Shown piece by piece: positions 54,902-64,000 of a stretch of DNA of 64,000 bases. Made by a program: the position numbers and the translations under genes. The notes under the pieces were generated by a model. It worked only from the letters and a program-made list of their open reading frames with translations, searched no databases and was not told where the DNA came from. Every line of letters starts with the position of its first letter. Position 1 is the first letter of the stretch. The stretch lies in contig CAZKJM010000001.1 of NCBI GenBank assembly GCA_964553245.1, forward strand, positions 296,977 through 360,976, given 5' to 3'. Source of the stretch: an uncultured Gammaproteobacteria bacterium. GTDB taxonomy: Bacteria; Patescibacteriota; Microgenomatia; Levybacterales; UBA12049.

Positions 54902-56184
54902 AAATTGGAATAATTGGCGCCGGATTAACCGGATTAACTGCTGCCTATGAATTGTCAAAAAAAGGACATGATGTTATCGTGTTCGAAAAAGAAAATATCC
55001 CAGGAGGATTTGCATCTGGATTCAAAAATAGCCATTGGGAATGGCAACTTGAAAGATATTATCACCATTGCTTTACAAACGATAATTCTATTTTAGAATT
55101 AGCAAAAGAAATTAATTTTAATTTTTTAAGAATTCGACCTAAAACGGCAACATTTATAAATAGAAAAATTTACCAACTAGACTCTCCTGTAACTTTACTA
55201 AAATTTCCTTTATTAAATCCTCTTCAGCGATTAAGAATGGGTATAAGTCTTGCTCTTCTTAGATATAATCCATTTTGGAAATTAACTGAATCGAAAAAAG
55301 CAAGTGAGATTTTACCAAAATTAATGGGCAAAAAGGGGTATGAATTGATTTGGGAACCACTATTTAAAAATAAATTTTCAACTTTCAAGCGCCAAATTTC
55401 TCTTGTATGGTTTTGGGCAAGAGTAAAAAAAAGAACTACGGAACTAACGTATCCTGAGGGAGGATTCCAAAAATTTATAGAAAAATTAACCGAAGCGATT
55501 AAGAAAAAAAACGGATTAATCTTTTTAAATAATGAAGTTGTAAAAATAAAAGAAAATGAAAAAATCTTCATTACAACTAAAACCAAAAATGGCGAATTAA
55601 ATAATCATCAATTTGATAAGATTATTTTTACATTACCATCGAAACTTTTTATTAAAATTAATCCATCAACACCAAAGACATATAGAGAAAAACTTTTAAA
55701 ATTTAAGTATTTATGCGTCCATAATCTTGTTCTAAGACTTAAAGAACCATTTTTAAAAAATGACACCTATTGGTTAAATATTTGCGATGAAAAATCTCCA
55801 GTAACTGGAGTTGTTGAGCATACTAATTTTATAGATAAAAAATACTATAAAAATGAACACATTATATATTTATTAAACTATCTTGAAAAAACAGACAAAA
55901 GATATAAGATGGACGCTTGTGAACTTGTTAATTTTTATGATTCATTTTTAACAAAAATAAATAAAAACTATAAGAAAAATATAATTGGAATAAAACTTTT
56001 CAAAGACGATTTTGCGCAAACAATAATTTCCACAAATTATTCAAAAAATATTTTGCCCTTTACAACACCTTTTAAAAACATTTATCTTGCTAATTCAAGT
56101 CAAGTTTATCCCTGGGACAGAGGCACTAATTATGCTGTTGAGTTAGGAAAAAAGATTGCTAAATTTGTTAATAAAAAAGGGTAA
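54898..56184 (+). CDS. glf: Flavin-dependent UDP-galactopyranose mutase-like protein (Glf/UGM family) or related NAD(P)/FAD Rossmann oxidoreductase
   Basis: 428 aa. It has the dinucleotide-binding motif IGIIGAGLTGLTAAYEL...GG. YYHHCFTNDNSILE aligns with the UGM motif GPHIFHTDNETVW. Confidence 0.45.
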   Translation: MKIGIIGAGLTGLTAAYELSKKGHDVIVFEKENIPGGFASGFKNSHWEWQLERYYHHCFTNDNSILELAKEINFNFLRIRPKTATFINRKIYQLDSPVTLLKFPLLNPLQRLRMGISLALLRYNPFWKLTESKKASEILPKLMGKKGYELIWEPLFKNKFSTFKRQISLVWFWARVKKRTTELTYPEGGFQKFIEKLTEAIKKKNGLIFLNNEVVKIKENEKIFITTKTKNGELNNHQFDKIIFTLPSKLFIKINPSTPKTYREKLLKFKYLCVHNLVLRLKEPFLKNDTYWLNICDEKSPVTGVVEHTNFIDKKYYKNEHIIYLLNYLEKTDKRYKMDACELVNFYDSFLTKINKNYKKNIIGIKLFKDDFAQTIISTNYSKNILPFTTPFKNIYLANSSQVYPWDRGTNYAVELGKKIAKFVNKKG

Positions 56185-57823
56185 ATTGAAAATTTTAAAT
56201 TTATTTAAGAAAAATAAAACCGAAACATTATTAATTTTATTTTCGTTGTTTTTTAGCTCATGGCTGATGTTTTCAACGTTTTCCTATAACAATGGCTACA
56301 TGCTTATTGCATCAAAAGCATGGAGCGATTTTGCAAGTCATATTCCGCTTATTAGATCTTTTTCGCTGGGTGTTAATTTTCCACCTGAATATCCTCTGTT
56401 TCCAGGTGCTCCAATTCACTATCATTTTCTTTTTTACCTAATAGTTGGGTTGCTTGAAAAAACAGGAATTAGAATTGATTTTGCATTAAATTCATTATCT
56501 ATTATCGGGTTCTCTGTATTATTAGTAATTGTTTATTTATTTGCAAAATTAATTTTTAAATCTAAAGCCATTGGAGTATTAAGTGTAATATTATTTCTTT
56601 TTAATGGCTCATTGAGCTTTATTTATTTTTTTAAAAAAAACTATATATTCTCTGAAAATTTTCTAATCAATATCTTAAACAACAAAAACTTTTCTTCTTT
56701 TGATCCTTATTACGGCGACGGAATAGTATCTGCTTTTTGGAATTTAAATATTTACACCAACCAAAGACATCTTTCTTTATCTTATGCTGTTTCTCTGTTT
56801 TTAATTTATGTAATTACCAAGAAAATGCTTTCTAATAAAGATATTCCTATAAAAGATATCATTCTCATCGGTTTAATATTGGGAATTTCTTTCCTTCTAA
56901 ACATGGCTGTCTTTACAATAACGGCAATTATTGTTTTTTGCTTTGCAATATTATTTAAGAAATATCGCTTTTCATTGATACAATTATTATTTATAGCAGC
57001 GCTAATTGCTTCACCGTTTTTTCTATACTTAAATTCCAGTAATTTTCTGTCGTTTTTTTCTTTTAATCCTGGGTATTTAATTTCTCAGCATTTAACACTT
57101 TTTTCATTTATTAATTATTGGCTTTATAATCTTGGTCTGCATATTTTATTAATACCCCTAGGTTTTTTATTGGTAGCAAAAAAGCTTAAAAAAATCTTTA
57201 TTCCTTTTCTGTTTATTTTTGTTATCGCAAACTTATTTCAACTTTCTTCAGAAATGGCTGCTAATCATAAATTAATAAATTATTTTATGATTATTGGCGC
57301 TACGTTTTCTTCATATACCTTAATTTACCTTTGGCGTAAAAATTTTTATTTAAAATTTTTTGTAATTATTGCTATCTTCTTTTTAATTATTTCAGGAATT
57401 ATTGATTTTTTCCCAATATATAATGACACAAAAATCCCGCTAGCAGATTATCCTGTTAACTCTGACGTAAAATGGGTAATGGAAAATACGTCAAAAAATT
57501 CTGTTTTTTTAAATTCTGAATATTTATATACACCCGCATCTTTAGCTGGTAGAAAAATATTTTTAGGATGGCCATATTTTGCTTGGTCACAAGGCTATAA
57601 TACTTACAAAAGAGATTTGCAAAGAAAAAGTCTCTTAGAGATCCACCAAGCATATTCACTGTGTAAAGAATTAAAAAAAAATAACTTGCAATTTATAGAA
57701 ATTATAAAAAACGAAAATATAGATGGTTCTTATATTTCTTTTCTTGATTTAAATTTTAAAAAAGTATATGAAAATAAAAACACTGGATATATTATTTACA
57801 AAAATAATGATTATTGTAAATAA
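56156..57823 (+). CDS. Large polytopic membrane protein (GT-C-like, uncharacterised)
   Basis: 555 aa with about 13 TM helices. The first loop carries a conserved block DFASHIPLIRSF...PPEYPLFPG.PIHYHFLFY. Confidence 0.3.
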   Translation: MLNLLIKKGKLKILNLFKKNKTETLLILFSLFFSSWLMFSTFSYNNGYMLIASKAWSDFASHIPLIRSFSLGVNFPPEYPLFPGAPIHYHFLFYLIVGLLEKTGIRIDFALNSLSIIGFSVLLVIVYLFAKLIFKSKAIGVLSVILFLFNGSLSFIYFFKKNYIFSENFLINILNNKNFSSFDPYYGDGIVSAFWNLNIYTNQRHLSLSYAVSLFLIYVITKKMLSNKDIPIKDIILIGLILGISFLLNMAVFTITAIIVFCFAILFKKYRFSLIQLLFIAALIASPFFLYLNSSNFLSFFSFNPGYLISQHLTLFSFINYWLYNLGLHILLIPLGFLLVAKKLKKIFIPFLFIFVIANLFQLSSEMAANHKLINYFMIIGATFSSYTLIYLWRKNFYLKFFVIIAIFFLIISGIIDFFPIYNDTKIPLADYPVNSDVKWVMENTSKNSVFLNSEYLYTPASLAGRKIFLGWPYFAWSQGYNTYKRDLQRKSLLEIHQAYSLCKELKKNNLQFIEIIKNENIDGSYISFLDLNFKKVYENKNTGYIIYKNNDYCK

Positions 57824-57846
57824 TTTTAATAGAATATTATAACGAT

Positions 57847-60039
57847 ATGGAAGTACTTGATTTGTTGTACGTTTTTAAATGGTGGCTAATGATTTTTTTA
57901 AACGGGATTGTTTTTTTTCCTTTAACTAAAACTATTCTTAAGAATTTTTTTGACAGAGGATATATTTTCTCAAAAGTCATTGGAATAATAATGACTTCTT
58001 ATTTAATCTATGTTTTAGGATCGCTAAAACTTTTAAGCTTTACGATAAATAACATCATTTTTATTTTAATAGTTTCTCTCTTGGTAAATTACTTACCATT
58101 TGTCTATTTAAAAACGAAAAAAAAATTAAGTTTTGATAAAAATTTATTGTCTAACATAAAAACAATTCTTTTAATATGCTTATTAGAAGAATTAATTTTT
58201 ATTGTTGCCTTTTTTTCTTGGTCGTACATAAAAATTCACCAACCAGATATTAACGGACTCGAGAAATTTATGGATTTCGGAATCATAAATTCGATATTAA
58301 GAACCGATTATTTTCCAGCAAAAGATACCTGGTTTACTCCTCTAGCAATAAATTATTATTATTTTGGACACCTAACGACTGCTTTTTTAACTAAATTATC
58401 TAATACCTCATCAAACATATCCTTTAATCTAATGCAAGCTTTAGTTTTTGCACTTTGTTTTACAGGATCGTTTTCAATAGGAGCAAATTTAGTTTTTCTT
58501 ATCAAGGATAAAACTTCTAAATTATTGCGTTGGTTAAAAATTTTCTCAGCCGGATTGATTACTGCTTTTTTAGTAACCATGTCAGGAAATTTACATATTA
58601 TTTATGGTTTTTTTAGCCCTTATAAAAATGAATCTCCAATCCCACCGTGGGAATTAATATTTCAACCCTTAATGTTTCCTAATGCATATTGGTATCCAAA
58701 TGCAACAAGATTCATACACAATACTATTCATGAATTTCCCATGTACTCATGGGTTGTATCAGATCTACATGGACACGTTCTAGATATACCATTTGTACTG
58801 TTAAATATTGCCTTTTCCCTACATTTGCTTATTGATAAAAAAATTAACTTTTTTAAAATAATACTGTTTGCATTTTTCATCTCTATTTCTTATATGACAA
58901 ATGCTTGGGATGGAGTAATTTATCTAATGCTTGCGATGGCTACGATAATTTGTGTAAATTTAAAGAGTTTTTCCGGAAAAAAATTTATATTAAAAACTTT
59001 ATCCTATTGTTTTACTCTCTTCTTTTCCTATTTTGTTTTTTCGTTGCCCTTTAATCTTTTTTTTAAACCGTTTGTTTCAGGAATTGGATTAATCTGCTCT
59101 CCTGATTTCTTAATTAAGCTGCAAAAACTAGGACCATTCATATTTGAGACCGATCATTGTTTAAGATCACCTATTTATCAATTATTTATTTTACATGGAT
59201 TTTTTTATTTTTTTGTGGCTTGTTTCATTTTATTTATTGTTAAAATTATTAATAAAAACAAAACACAAATTAATAAAGCGGATTTCTTTGTCATTATTCT
59301 AATCATTGTCTCAACACTTTTAATATTAATTCCTGAATTTGTTTACATAAAAGATATTTATCCAGCACATTACAGAGCAAATACAATGTTTAAACTCACT
59401 TATCAATCTTTTATTATGCTGTCTATTTCCTCCTCCTATATTGCAATAAGAATCTTAAATGATAGGAGAAATATTATTCAAAGATTTAAAGGGAAATTGT
59501 TCTTTGCTATTTTTACGATTGTGTCTTTTTCGTTTATATCTTTAGTTTTAGTCTATCCTTTCCTTTCAATTGCTTCTTATTATGGTGATCTAAAGGTAAA
59601 AAAGAACCTAGACGGTACATTATATTTAAAAGAGCTTTACCCAAATGACTATAAAGCAATTGACTGGATAAATAAAAACATAAAAAAACAACCCGTTATC
59701 CTTGAAGCACAGGGAGACTCGTATACTGATTTTGCTAGGGTATCCGCAAACACCGGTCTTCCAACAGTATTGGGATGGACCGTACACGAGTGGCTCTGGA
59801 GAGGTAGTTATAATATTCCATCGCCAAGAATAGAAGACGTTCAATTACTTTATGAAACATCTGATCTTGCAAAAACAAAAAATCTTCTCAAAAAATATAA
59901 TGTTTCTTTTGTTTTTGTAGGAAAATTAGAAATCGATAAATATAAATATTTAAATGATGATAAATTTAATAACTTAGGGAAAATTATTTATCAAAGCGGG
60001 GAAACAAAAATTTATAAAATAAATTCTATATTTCTTTAA
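57847..60039 (+). CDS. YYY-motif membrane protein (DUF2298/Chlor_Arch_YYY family; putative GT-C-like glycosyltransferase)
   Basis: 730 aa with many TM helices. The family signature is PLAINYYYFGHL. It has a C-terminal soluble domain. Confidence 0.45.
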   Translation: MEVLDLLYVFKWWLMIFLNGIVFFPLTKTILKNFFDRGYIFSKVIGIIMTSYLIYVLGSLKLLSFTINNIIFILIVSLLVNYLPFVYLKTKKKLSFDKNLLSNIKTILLICLLEELIFIVAFFSWSYIKIHQPDINGLEKFMDFGIINSILRTDYFPAKDTWFTPLAINYYYFGHLTTAFLTKLSNTSSNISFNLMQALVFALCFTGSFSIGANLVFLIKDKTSKLLRWLKIFSAGLITAFLVTMSGNLHIIYGFFSPYKNESPIPPWELIFQPLMFPNAYWYPNATRFIHNTIHEFPMYSWVVSDLHGHVLDIPFVLLNIAFSLHLLIDKKINFFKIILFAFFISISYMTNAWDGVIYLMLAMATIICVNLKSFSGKKFILKTLSYCFTLFFSYFVFSLPFNLFFKPFVSGIGLICSPDFLIKLQKLGPFIFETDHCLRSPIYQLFILHGFFYFFVACFILFIVKIINKNKTQINKADFFVIILIIVSTLLILIPEFVYIKDIYPAHYRANTMFKLTYQSFIMLSISSSYIAIRILNDRRNIIQRFKGKLFFAIFTIVSFSFISLVLVYPFLSIASYYGDLKVKKNLDGTLYLKELYPNDYKAIDWINKNIKKQPVILEAQGDSYTDFARVSANTGLPTVLGWTVHEWLWRGSYNIPSPRIEDVQLLYETSDLAKTKNLLKKYNVSFVFVGKLEIDKYKYLNDDKFNNLGKIIYQSGETKIYKINSIFL

Positions 60040-61111
60040 TAATACAATCATCCTTATATATCTCGCAGTTTAAATATTCTTTTATTTCACTATAGTTTCC
60101 GTTTCCTATTCTTGGAACAAGTACCCATTCATAATTATACTCATTCGTAGACTCCGGATTAATTAAAAGACCTTCTTTGTTGCCTAAATTATCTCCGACA
60201 TTAAGAGTCACGCTCTTAATCTCCGCTGCTTTTAATTTCTGAGCTAATCTTAAAAAATCATCAAATTCTTCTTTTTTAATATTTGTGTCTATGCTACTAC
60301 TTAAAACATCATAAAGATCTAAAAATTTAACGGGGTTTAAAAACATTTGCATCGAAAAAACTTTATCCTTAAAAGACTTTATAATTTTTTCCTGCCTTTT
60401 GCTTCTAGCAAAATCCGAACCTTCGGTTCCTTTTGCGTGTCTTGATCTAACAAATTGTAAAGCCGTCTTACCATCCATATGTTGTAAGCCTTTGTTAAAA
60501 TGTAAATGCTCATAGCGACAAGGAAATGCATCCAACTGCGATGATGCTGTTGCAAGTCCTTCCAACTCTTCTTCCTTATGCCCACAAGGATCGTTCTCCT
60601 TGCCTTCGATTGGATATTCAAAATCATCAAATGAATTCTCCACGCTTACATCTAACCCGCCAATCAGATCTACGGCCTTTACGAAACCATTAAAGTCAAT
60701 TCTAAACGTATAATCTATTTGTAGATTTGTAATTTTTTTTACAACCGCTTGGGACAAAATTATCCCTCCACCTTTTTTTTTACTCTCCCCGGTTGAATAA
60801 GCAGTATTTACTTTTGCATTAAGCTCCGATAACCATAGATCTCTTGGTAATGATATCAGCGTTACCTTATCGTTTTTAGGACTTATACTAGCTATCATAA
60901 TGGTATCTGTTAAATTTGGTCCATCATGATTTTCCCCACCAATTCCTAAAAGCAGTATATTTAATCTTTTGTTTTCCGATTTCACTTTTATTTCACTGTT
61001 AAAGATTAATTCAAATAAAAATGGAACAAAATTTAAGGCTCTAATAGCCGTTCTACCGATAAAAAAAATTAATATCAAAATTAATATTGCAGGAATTATT
61101 TTTTTACGCAT
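60026..61111 (-). CDS. LytR-CpsA-Psr (LCP) family cell-wall glycopolymer phosphotransferase
   Basis: 361 aa with an N-terminal TM helix. The motifs are LLLGIGGENHDGPNLTDTIMIASISPKNDKVTLISLPRDLW and RSRH. Confidence 0.75.
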   Translation of the reverse strand: MRKKIIPAILILILIFFIGRTAIRALNFVPFLFELIFNSEIKVKSENKRLNILLLGIGGENHDGPNLTDTIMIASISPKNDKVTLISLPRDLWLSELNAKVNTAYSTGESKKKGGGIILSQAVVKKITNLQIDYTFRIDFNGFVKAVDLIGGLDVSVENSFDDFEYPIEGKENDPCGHKEEELEGLATASSQLDAFPCRYEHLHFNKGLQHMDGKTALQFVRSRHAKGTEGSDFARSKRQEKIIKSFKDKVFSMQMFLNPVKFLDLYDVLSSSIDTNIKKEEFDDFLRLAQKLKAAEIKSVTLNVGDNLGNKEGLLINPESTNEYNYEWVLVPRIGNGNYSEIKEYLNCEIYKDDCIIKEI

Positions 61112-61763
61112 TATTTATAATTTCTATAAATTCAAGAGGATTTAAGCTTGAATTACCAACTAAAACTCCATCTATATTTGTCATTCGAGTAAAACTTTTA
61201 ACATTTTCCTTTGAAACACTACCGCCATATAAAACTTTTTCTACACCGTATTTTCTTTTTATATTACCTGCGACCAAGTTTGCATTTTCGGGTGAATCCG
61301 GATTACCTGTTCCAATTGCAAAAGTTGGCTCGTATGCAACAATCCTTACGCCCTTTGGAATAGCGACATTTTCTCCTTGCGCGCAATAAACAGGAACTAA
61401 ATCGTTTGTTAGGGCATTTTTTAATTTTTCTTCGATTAATTTATTTGACTCATTAAAAATTTTTCTTCGCTCCGAATGACCAATGATTACATAACTAACA
61501 AATTCTTTAAGCAATTCCCCATTTACCTCTCCCGTAAATTGTCCTTTGCTAAATTGGGAAATATCTTGCGCTCCTAATCTAAAATGGGGTTTATTTTTAA
61601 ATTCATTAAAAATATATAAAACAACGTATGGAGGACAAATAACAATTTCTTTATTCTCTAAGTTTAATTTAGCGCTGTTTTTTCTAAATAAATTTAACCA
61701 TTCATTAGCTTCTTTAAAATTTTTATTAGATTTCCAATTAGCAAGAATTAACAATGGTTTCAT
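61104..61763 (-). CDS. tpiA: Triosephosphate isomerase
   Basis: 219 aa with ANWKSN, GHSERR and AYEPTFAIGTG. Confidence 0.85.
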   Translation of the reverse strand: MKPLLILANWKSNKNFKEANEWLNLFRKNSAKLNLENKEIVICPPYVVLYIFNEFKNKPHFRLGAQDISQFSKGQFTGEVNGELLKEFVSYVIIGHSERRKIFNESNKLIEEKLKNALTNDLVPVYCAQGENVAIPKGVRIVAYEPTFAIGTGNPDSPENANLVAGNIKRKYGVEKVLYGGSVSKENVKSFTRMTNIDGVLVGNSSLNPLEFIEIINNA

Positions 61764-61781
61764 ATGGTATCATTATACGGT

Positions 61782-63632
61782 ATGAATAAAGATTTTCTCA
61801 ATGACCTAAATAGAGAACAAAGAAAGGCAGTGCTGGAAACAGATGGCCCAATGATTATCTTGGCAGGCGCCGGATCTGGAAAAACACGTGCCTTAACCTA
61901 CAAAGTAATCTATCTAATTTTGGAAAAAAATGTTGAACCCGGTAACATACTTATGGTTACGTTTACAAATAAAGCAGCTTCGGAAATGAAACAAAGAATC
62001 TTTGACTTCTTTAACGCAGAAAACGAAAAACTTTCAAAAGCTACTCCGTTAATTTCTACTTTTCATTCACTTTGTGCAAAAATACTAAGAATAGAGGGAA
62101 ATTATATAGAAGTTGACAATAATTTTTTAATTTATGATGAACAAGACCAAAAAGACGCTGTTAAAAATGTTTTTTCCATGCTTTCATTATCTCCTAAGGA
62201 ATACAAACCGTCTTCGGTTTTGGCTTTAATATCTCAGGAAAAAAATGAATTAATATCCGAAGCTGAATACCCAAATCTTGCAAGAGGACATTTTCAGCAA
62301 ACCGTTGCAAAAATATACATTCTTTACCAAAAGCTCTTAAAAGAAAATAATGCCTTAGACTTTGATGACTTACTTTTAAAAACAGTGGAATTATTTAAAA
62401 AAAACCCTCAAATTTTGGAAAAATATCAGAATAAATTTAAATACATTCTCGTTGATGAATATCAGGATACAAATCATGCTCAATACAAGCTCACAAAAAT
62501 ACTTGCTGATAAATGGAATAATATTTGCGTAGTCGGAGACTTTTCACAAAGTATTTATAGCTGGAGAGGAGCTGATTTTCAAAATTTAATTAAATTTAAA
62601 AATGATTTTAAAAATGTAAAAACTTTTAATTTATCTCAAAACTACAGATCTACGCAAAGAATTCTTGATGCTGCCTATTCTATTATCTCTAAAAATAATT
62701 CCCATCCTGTTTTAGAATTATGGACTGAAAATCAAACGGGGGATGATCTAGTAATTCATGAAGCAAAAAATGAACACAACGAAGGAGATTTTATCGTTGA
62801 ACAAATATCAAGTTTAAAATATCAATATCCTGGTTTAAAATTCTCTGATTTTGCAGTCCTTTACAGAACCAATGCCCAATCAAGAGCAATAGAAGAAGTA
62901 TTTTTGCACAACGGAACTCCTTATGTCTTGATAGGTGGAACAAGATTCTACGAAAGAAAGGAGATAAAAGATATCCTTGCTTATTTAAAATTAATAGCAA
63001 ATAAAAAAGATTCTGTTTCTTATAAACGAATAGAAAAATTGGGGAAAACAAGAATGAAAAAATTCCTAGAATTTCAAGAAAAAATAAACTCCGAAAGAAG
63101 CACATTGGAAATAATGGATAGCGTAATAAAGGCTACGGGCTATTTATCTTTATATGATGAACACGATGAAGACGATATGCAAAGGTTGGAAAACATAAAA
63201 GAACTTCGCTCTGTAGCCATAGAATTTTCAAATCTTAATAATTTCCTAGAAAACGTAGCTCTTGTAGAACAAGAACATATGCCAGACCATCCTAAAAAAG
63301 ATGATAAGAAAAATGCGGTAAATCTTATGACTCTTCATGCTGCAAAAGGATTAGAGTTTCCAGTTGTGTTTATGGTTGGCATGGAAGAAGGAATATTCCC
63401 TCACAGTAGATCGTTAATGGATAAAAATGAACTTGAAGAAGAAAGAAGACTCTGTTATGTTGGAATTACAAGAGCAAAACAAAAACTTTATTTAACTTAT
63501 TCTAGAAAAAGACTCTTTTTTGGACAAAGAACAAGCAATATGGTTTCCAGATTTATTTTTGATTTACCGGAGAGAACATTAAGTAAAAATTTACATTCTA
63601 TTCAAAATAATGATGTTCCTGATTATTTATGA
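61782..63632 (+). CDS. UvrD/PcrA/Rep-family ATP-dependent DNA helicase
   Basis: The most likely start is MNKDF at 61782; the ORF track extends to the ATG at 61764. It has Walker A GAGSGKTRAL and motifs DEYQDT, QNYRST and GLEFP. Confidence 0.85.
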   Translation: MNKDFLNDLNREQRKAVLETDGPMIILAGAGSGKTRALTYKVIYLILEKNVEPGNILMVTFTNKAASEMKQRIFDFFNAENEKLSKATPLISTFHSLCAKILRIEGNYIEVDNNFLIYDEQDQKDAVKNVFSMLSLSPKEYKPSSVLALISQEKNELISEAEYPNLARGHFQQTVAKIYILYQKLLKENNALDFDDLLLKTVELFKKNPQILEKYQNKFKYILVDEYQDTNHAQYKLTKILADKWNNICVVGDFSQSIYSWRGADFQNLIKFKNDFKNVKTFNLSQNYRSTQRILDAAYSIISKNNSHPVLELWTENQTGDDLVIHEAKNEHNEGDFIVEQISSLKYQYPGLKFSDFAVLYRTNAQSRAIEEVFLHNGTPYVLIGGTRFYERKEIKDILAYLKLIANKKDSVSYKRIEKLGKTRMKKFLEFQEKINSERSTLEIMDSVIKATGYLSLYDEHDEDDMQRLENIKELRSVAIEFSNLNNFLENVALVEQEHMPDHPKKDDKKNAVNLMTLHAAKGLEFPVVFMVGMEEGIFPHSRSLMDKNELEEERRLCYVGITRAKQKLYLTYSRKRLFFGQRTSNMVSRFIFDLPERTLSKNLHSIQNNDVPDYL

Positions 63633-64000
63633 GAGATAGCGCTTTAAACAAATTTGCCACACATCCACTTCAATCTTATGAATGGGGAGAATTTCGTGAA
63701 AAAACAGGTATAAAAATAATAAGAACTGATGAATATCAATTATCTATTCATAAAATTCCAAAAACTCCATGGACAATTGGTTATCTTCCTAAAGGAAAAA
63801 TGCCTAATAAAAAAACTATCGAGGAATTAAGAAAAATTGCCAAAAAAGAAAAGTGCATTTTTATTCAACTTGAACCAAATATAGAAACTTCTAAAGAAAA
63901 AGTTAAAAAAATTTTCCAACTAAAACTAACCCCCTCTTTTCATCCATTGTTCACGAAATTTACTTTTGAACTGGATTTAACAAAAAACGAAGAGGAGCTT
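63629..64000 (+). CDS. FemAB-family (peptidoglycan interpeptide-bridge aminoacyltransferase)-like protein, N-terminal fragment running off the window end
   Basis: The ATG overlaps the helicase stop (ATGA). Residues HPLQSYEWGEF and ...LDLTK resemble conserved blocks of the FemX/FemAB N-terminal domain. Confidence 0.4.
   Translation, partial: MRDSALNKFATHPLQSYEWGEFREKTGIKIIRTDEYQLSIHKIPKTPWTIGYLPKGKMPNKKTIEELRKIAKKEKCIFIQLEPNIETSKEKVKKIFQLKLTPSFHPLFTKFTFELDLTKNEEEL

Noticed and set aside
1-64000. Search for CRISPR arrays, rRNA, tRNA and insertion sequences
   Set aside because: No regularly spaced direct repeats with unique spacers were found. No tRNA-like T-arm (GTTCGAATC) contexts occur in intergenic regions. 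No transposase-like ORFs or terminal inverted repeats were found. The only repeats lie inside surface-protein genes.

Overview
The window is AT-rich and gene-dense, and its content looks like a Patescibacteria/CPR-type bacterium. The signs are an N-terminally truncated IF2, a short MetRS, many small membrane proteins and abundant secreted repeat proteins; this assignment is inference and was not searched. Conserved core genes are scattered through the window: the nusA-infB-(DHH)-rpsO-pnp operon, the hrcA-grpE-dnaK-dnaJ operon, groES-groEL, metG, ddl, tatD, lepA, murJ, rpsT, tpiA and a UvrD/PcrA helicase. The HrcA and GroES promoters share a sequence. Three accessory blocks stand out. (1) At 6.3-16.6 kb there is a secreted-protein island. 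It holds a CAP-domain protein, an RTX-repeat protein and four paralogous Asn/Gly/Thr-rich repeat proteins with Cys-knot spacers. One paralog carries an LPATG sorting signal and sits directly upstream of a sortase gene. Several of these genes contain tandem repeats. (2) At 16.6-27.6 kb there is a membrane-anchored Clp-like unfoldase with a degenerate first ATPase domain, a membrane-anchored M4 metalloprotease, a ClpC-like ATPase with Q/N-rich terminal tails, and a VirB6/TrbL-like polytopic protein followed by a small two-helix pilin-like protein. (3) Two glycan-assembly blocks lie at 38.7-44.0 kb and 54.9-61.1 kb. Together they contain a processive GT2 with a QxxRW motif, four GT-C-like polytopic proteins, a WecA/MraY-family transferase, a UbiA-family decaprenyl-phosphoribose-synthase-like protein, a UDP-galactopyranose-mutase-like flavoprotein and an LCP ligase. 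This set resembles the mycobacterial arabinogalactan toolkit. A PilN/PilO pair sits next to rpsT. No rRNA, tRNA or CRISPR array was recognised.
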